Shown here: piece by piece, positions 62,401 through 64,000 of the stretch | Layout of the letters: each line of letters opens with the position of its first letter | Position numbering within the stretch: position 1 is the first letter of the stretch | Virus record (IMG/VR): IMGVR_UViG_3300027896_000011 | Coordinates: 64,001 to 128,000 of that record | Strand: one strand, 5' to 3' | Length of the DNA: 64,000 nt | Origin: a virus | Position numbers and translations under genes: made by a program | Notes under the pieces: generated by a model | Databases searched by the model: none | The model's input: only the letters and a program-made list of their open reading frames with translations | What the model was told of the DNA's origin: nothing

Positions 62401-63220
62401 CAATAGAAATAAAAGTAATAAACTTAAGGAGGCATATGAAGCCGGAAAACGTAATAGATCAAATACACAGTATTATAAAAGAGTGTATTGGTTTTGATGT
62501 GAAAGATGCCTACGTAAAGGACGGCATTATATACGCAATTATTAACTGTCCATTGCAGTACATCACACTGACGTTTACTTTATCAGAGGATCAATGACAA
62601 AACGAGAAATACTAGATCGCATGCGTGCGGTGCTCCCATATTGTGGGGCCTATGATAATGTCAAGACAGATCTGCATAAAATGGCCGAAGTAATAGCTGA
62701 ACTATTTGATATGCAAAATGATCGTATTGATGATTTAGAGATAGAGGTGGTGCGACAGAAGGCGAAGCAAAAAGGGGAGACATGAACAAGAATCACACAC
62801 CACAAATAGCAACCCCGGCAAAGCAGAAGCCGCTAGTGGTCAGGGCTGTTACGTGCGGCATATGTCAGTCACCTGCAGATCGCTACGAATGGGGCTTCGA
62901 GTGTCAAGCAAACCCCAACCATTGCGGGGATCTATACTGTGGTATATTTACTGACCTCACTTATCCGGAGAAAGGTAAGTGAGAAAACCATGAGGACGGC
63001 GAAGAAGGTGCGGACATGGTGACGAAATCTAATATCGCGATTATTGCAATGCAAGTAGGAGAGACGGACCCATTTAGCGGTGCTGCCTTGGAGAAAGCGG
63101 TAATCATGATGAGTTTTTGGTGGGGGAACATGCTGACCGGTGTAACCCTGACCCGCGCTGAAGCAGTAGCAGTGGTAACGCGATTGAGAGAGGCACTCGA
63201 AGAACTGGACAGGTGAAACC

Positions 63221-63565
63221 ATGGATGACACAGAATGGGTCAAGTTGAGATTCGGCAATGACTGGGGCCGCAGATACCTGGCCGTTGAGCCGTTGGATAC
63301 TGGGTGTGCCCACTTTAAGCGCGGCATCGTGGCAAAGGAGGGGGAATCAGTCCTGATACGTTGGCCAGACGGCAACGTGGAACATGCGGTCATCACAAAG
63401 ATTATGGAGTTGGCGCCGACAAGCCGCGAAGATGTGGGAAGCAGCTATCCCGAAGTGGTCGTGAATCTGCATGGGGGCCGGATACAGATCCCGCTTACCC
63501 AGGTGGAGGTGCAGCGCAGTTGGGTAGATGCACACACTCCTGGGCGGATGCAGGTGAAGCCGTGA
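63221..63565 (+). CDS. Hypothetical protein in a GC-rich island
   Basis: ORF ending QVKP, overlapping the next start codon. Confidence 0.55.
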   Translation: MDDTEWVKLRFGNDWGRRYLAVEPLDTGCAHFKRGIVAKEGESVLIRWPDGNVEHAVITKIMELAPTSREDVGSSYPEVVVNLHGGRIQIPLTQVEVQRSWVDAHTPGRMQVKP

Positions 63566-63783
63566 AGTGCGCAATTTGTCAGCAAGAGGTAGAGGGGTAT
63601 TGGCAGGAGTGTGAAGTGAGTGATGGCCAAGAGTTGCATACCAGTTGCATCGACGGCCGACTACCAGAGCGCGCCGATGTGATCGCATATCTGCGTGCTT
63701 GGCCTATGCGAGCCGGAAGCGGGCTAGCAATTTCAATCGAACGCGGTGATCACGTAGGCGCAGCGGGAAAGGAGAAGCCATGA
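63562..63783 (+). CDS. Small CxxC protein of the MKCAIC family, close paralog of 40819-41052
   Basis: GRLPERAD..AY...WPMR.GSGLAISIERG.H.GAA shared. Confidence 0.7.
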   Translation: MKCAICQQEVEGYWQECEVSDGQELHTSCIDGRLPERADVIAYLRAWPMRAGSGLAISIERGDHVGAAGKEKP

Positions 63784-64000
63784 CGTTCAATAGCTCGGAC
63801 GCAGAAATGGACCGGCAAGACGACGCGCACGAACACGGCCGCATAGAAGGCTACCTGGAAGGCCGCAAGAAGGAACGCCAGCTTGTGGTGTATTGGGTAC
63901 GCAGGTGGGTAGGCGACGTGGATCCAATAGTGATAGCCCGCATGATCGAAAAGGGCGAGCACGCGGGCGAGGGATTCGGCGATTGCTTCCCAGGGTCGAA

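Overview
A 64 kb segment of a large tailed (myovirus-type) bacteriophage genome, AT-rich except for two small GC-rich islands. 1-30.2 kb (+): virion module with an intein-containing large terminase, an intein-containing HK97-type prohead protease, scaffold-like proteins, major capsid protein, neck proteins, tail sheath, an inserted HNH endonuclease and tail tube. Interleaved with these are many Ala/Gly-rich proteins sharing an F-x-x-E-L-x-K-[IL]-[ASG] leader and K-x-A motifs. 30.3-43.3 kb (-): small accessory genes, with a CHAP endolysin inserted on the opposite strand. 43.3-44.6 kb: non-coding strand-switch region. 44.6-64 kb (+): accessory genes, a radical SAM enzyme, a Tad2-like protein, then about 22 tRNAs interleaved with unknown structured RNAs, glycosyltransferases, an HNH and RtcB. 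Most striking is a self-contained transcription unit at 44.87-46.26 kb: promoter, a stand-alone Cas7/RAMP-like gene, a non-coding array of 12 GGCAGG-headed units built as 4+5n nt (semi-conserved trinucleotide plus variable dinucleotide), and a 44-bp palindromic terminator. This is a candidate non-CRISPR RNA-guided system. All calls come from manual reading; no searches were run.
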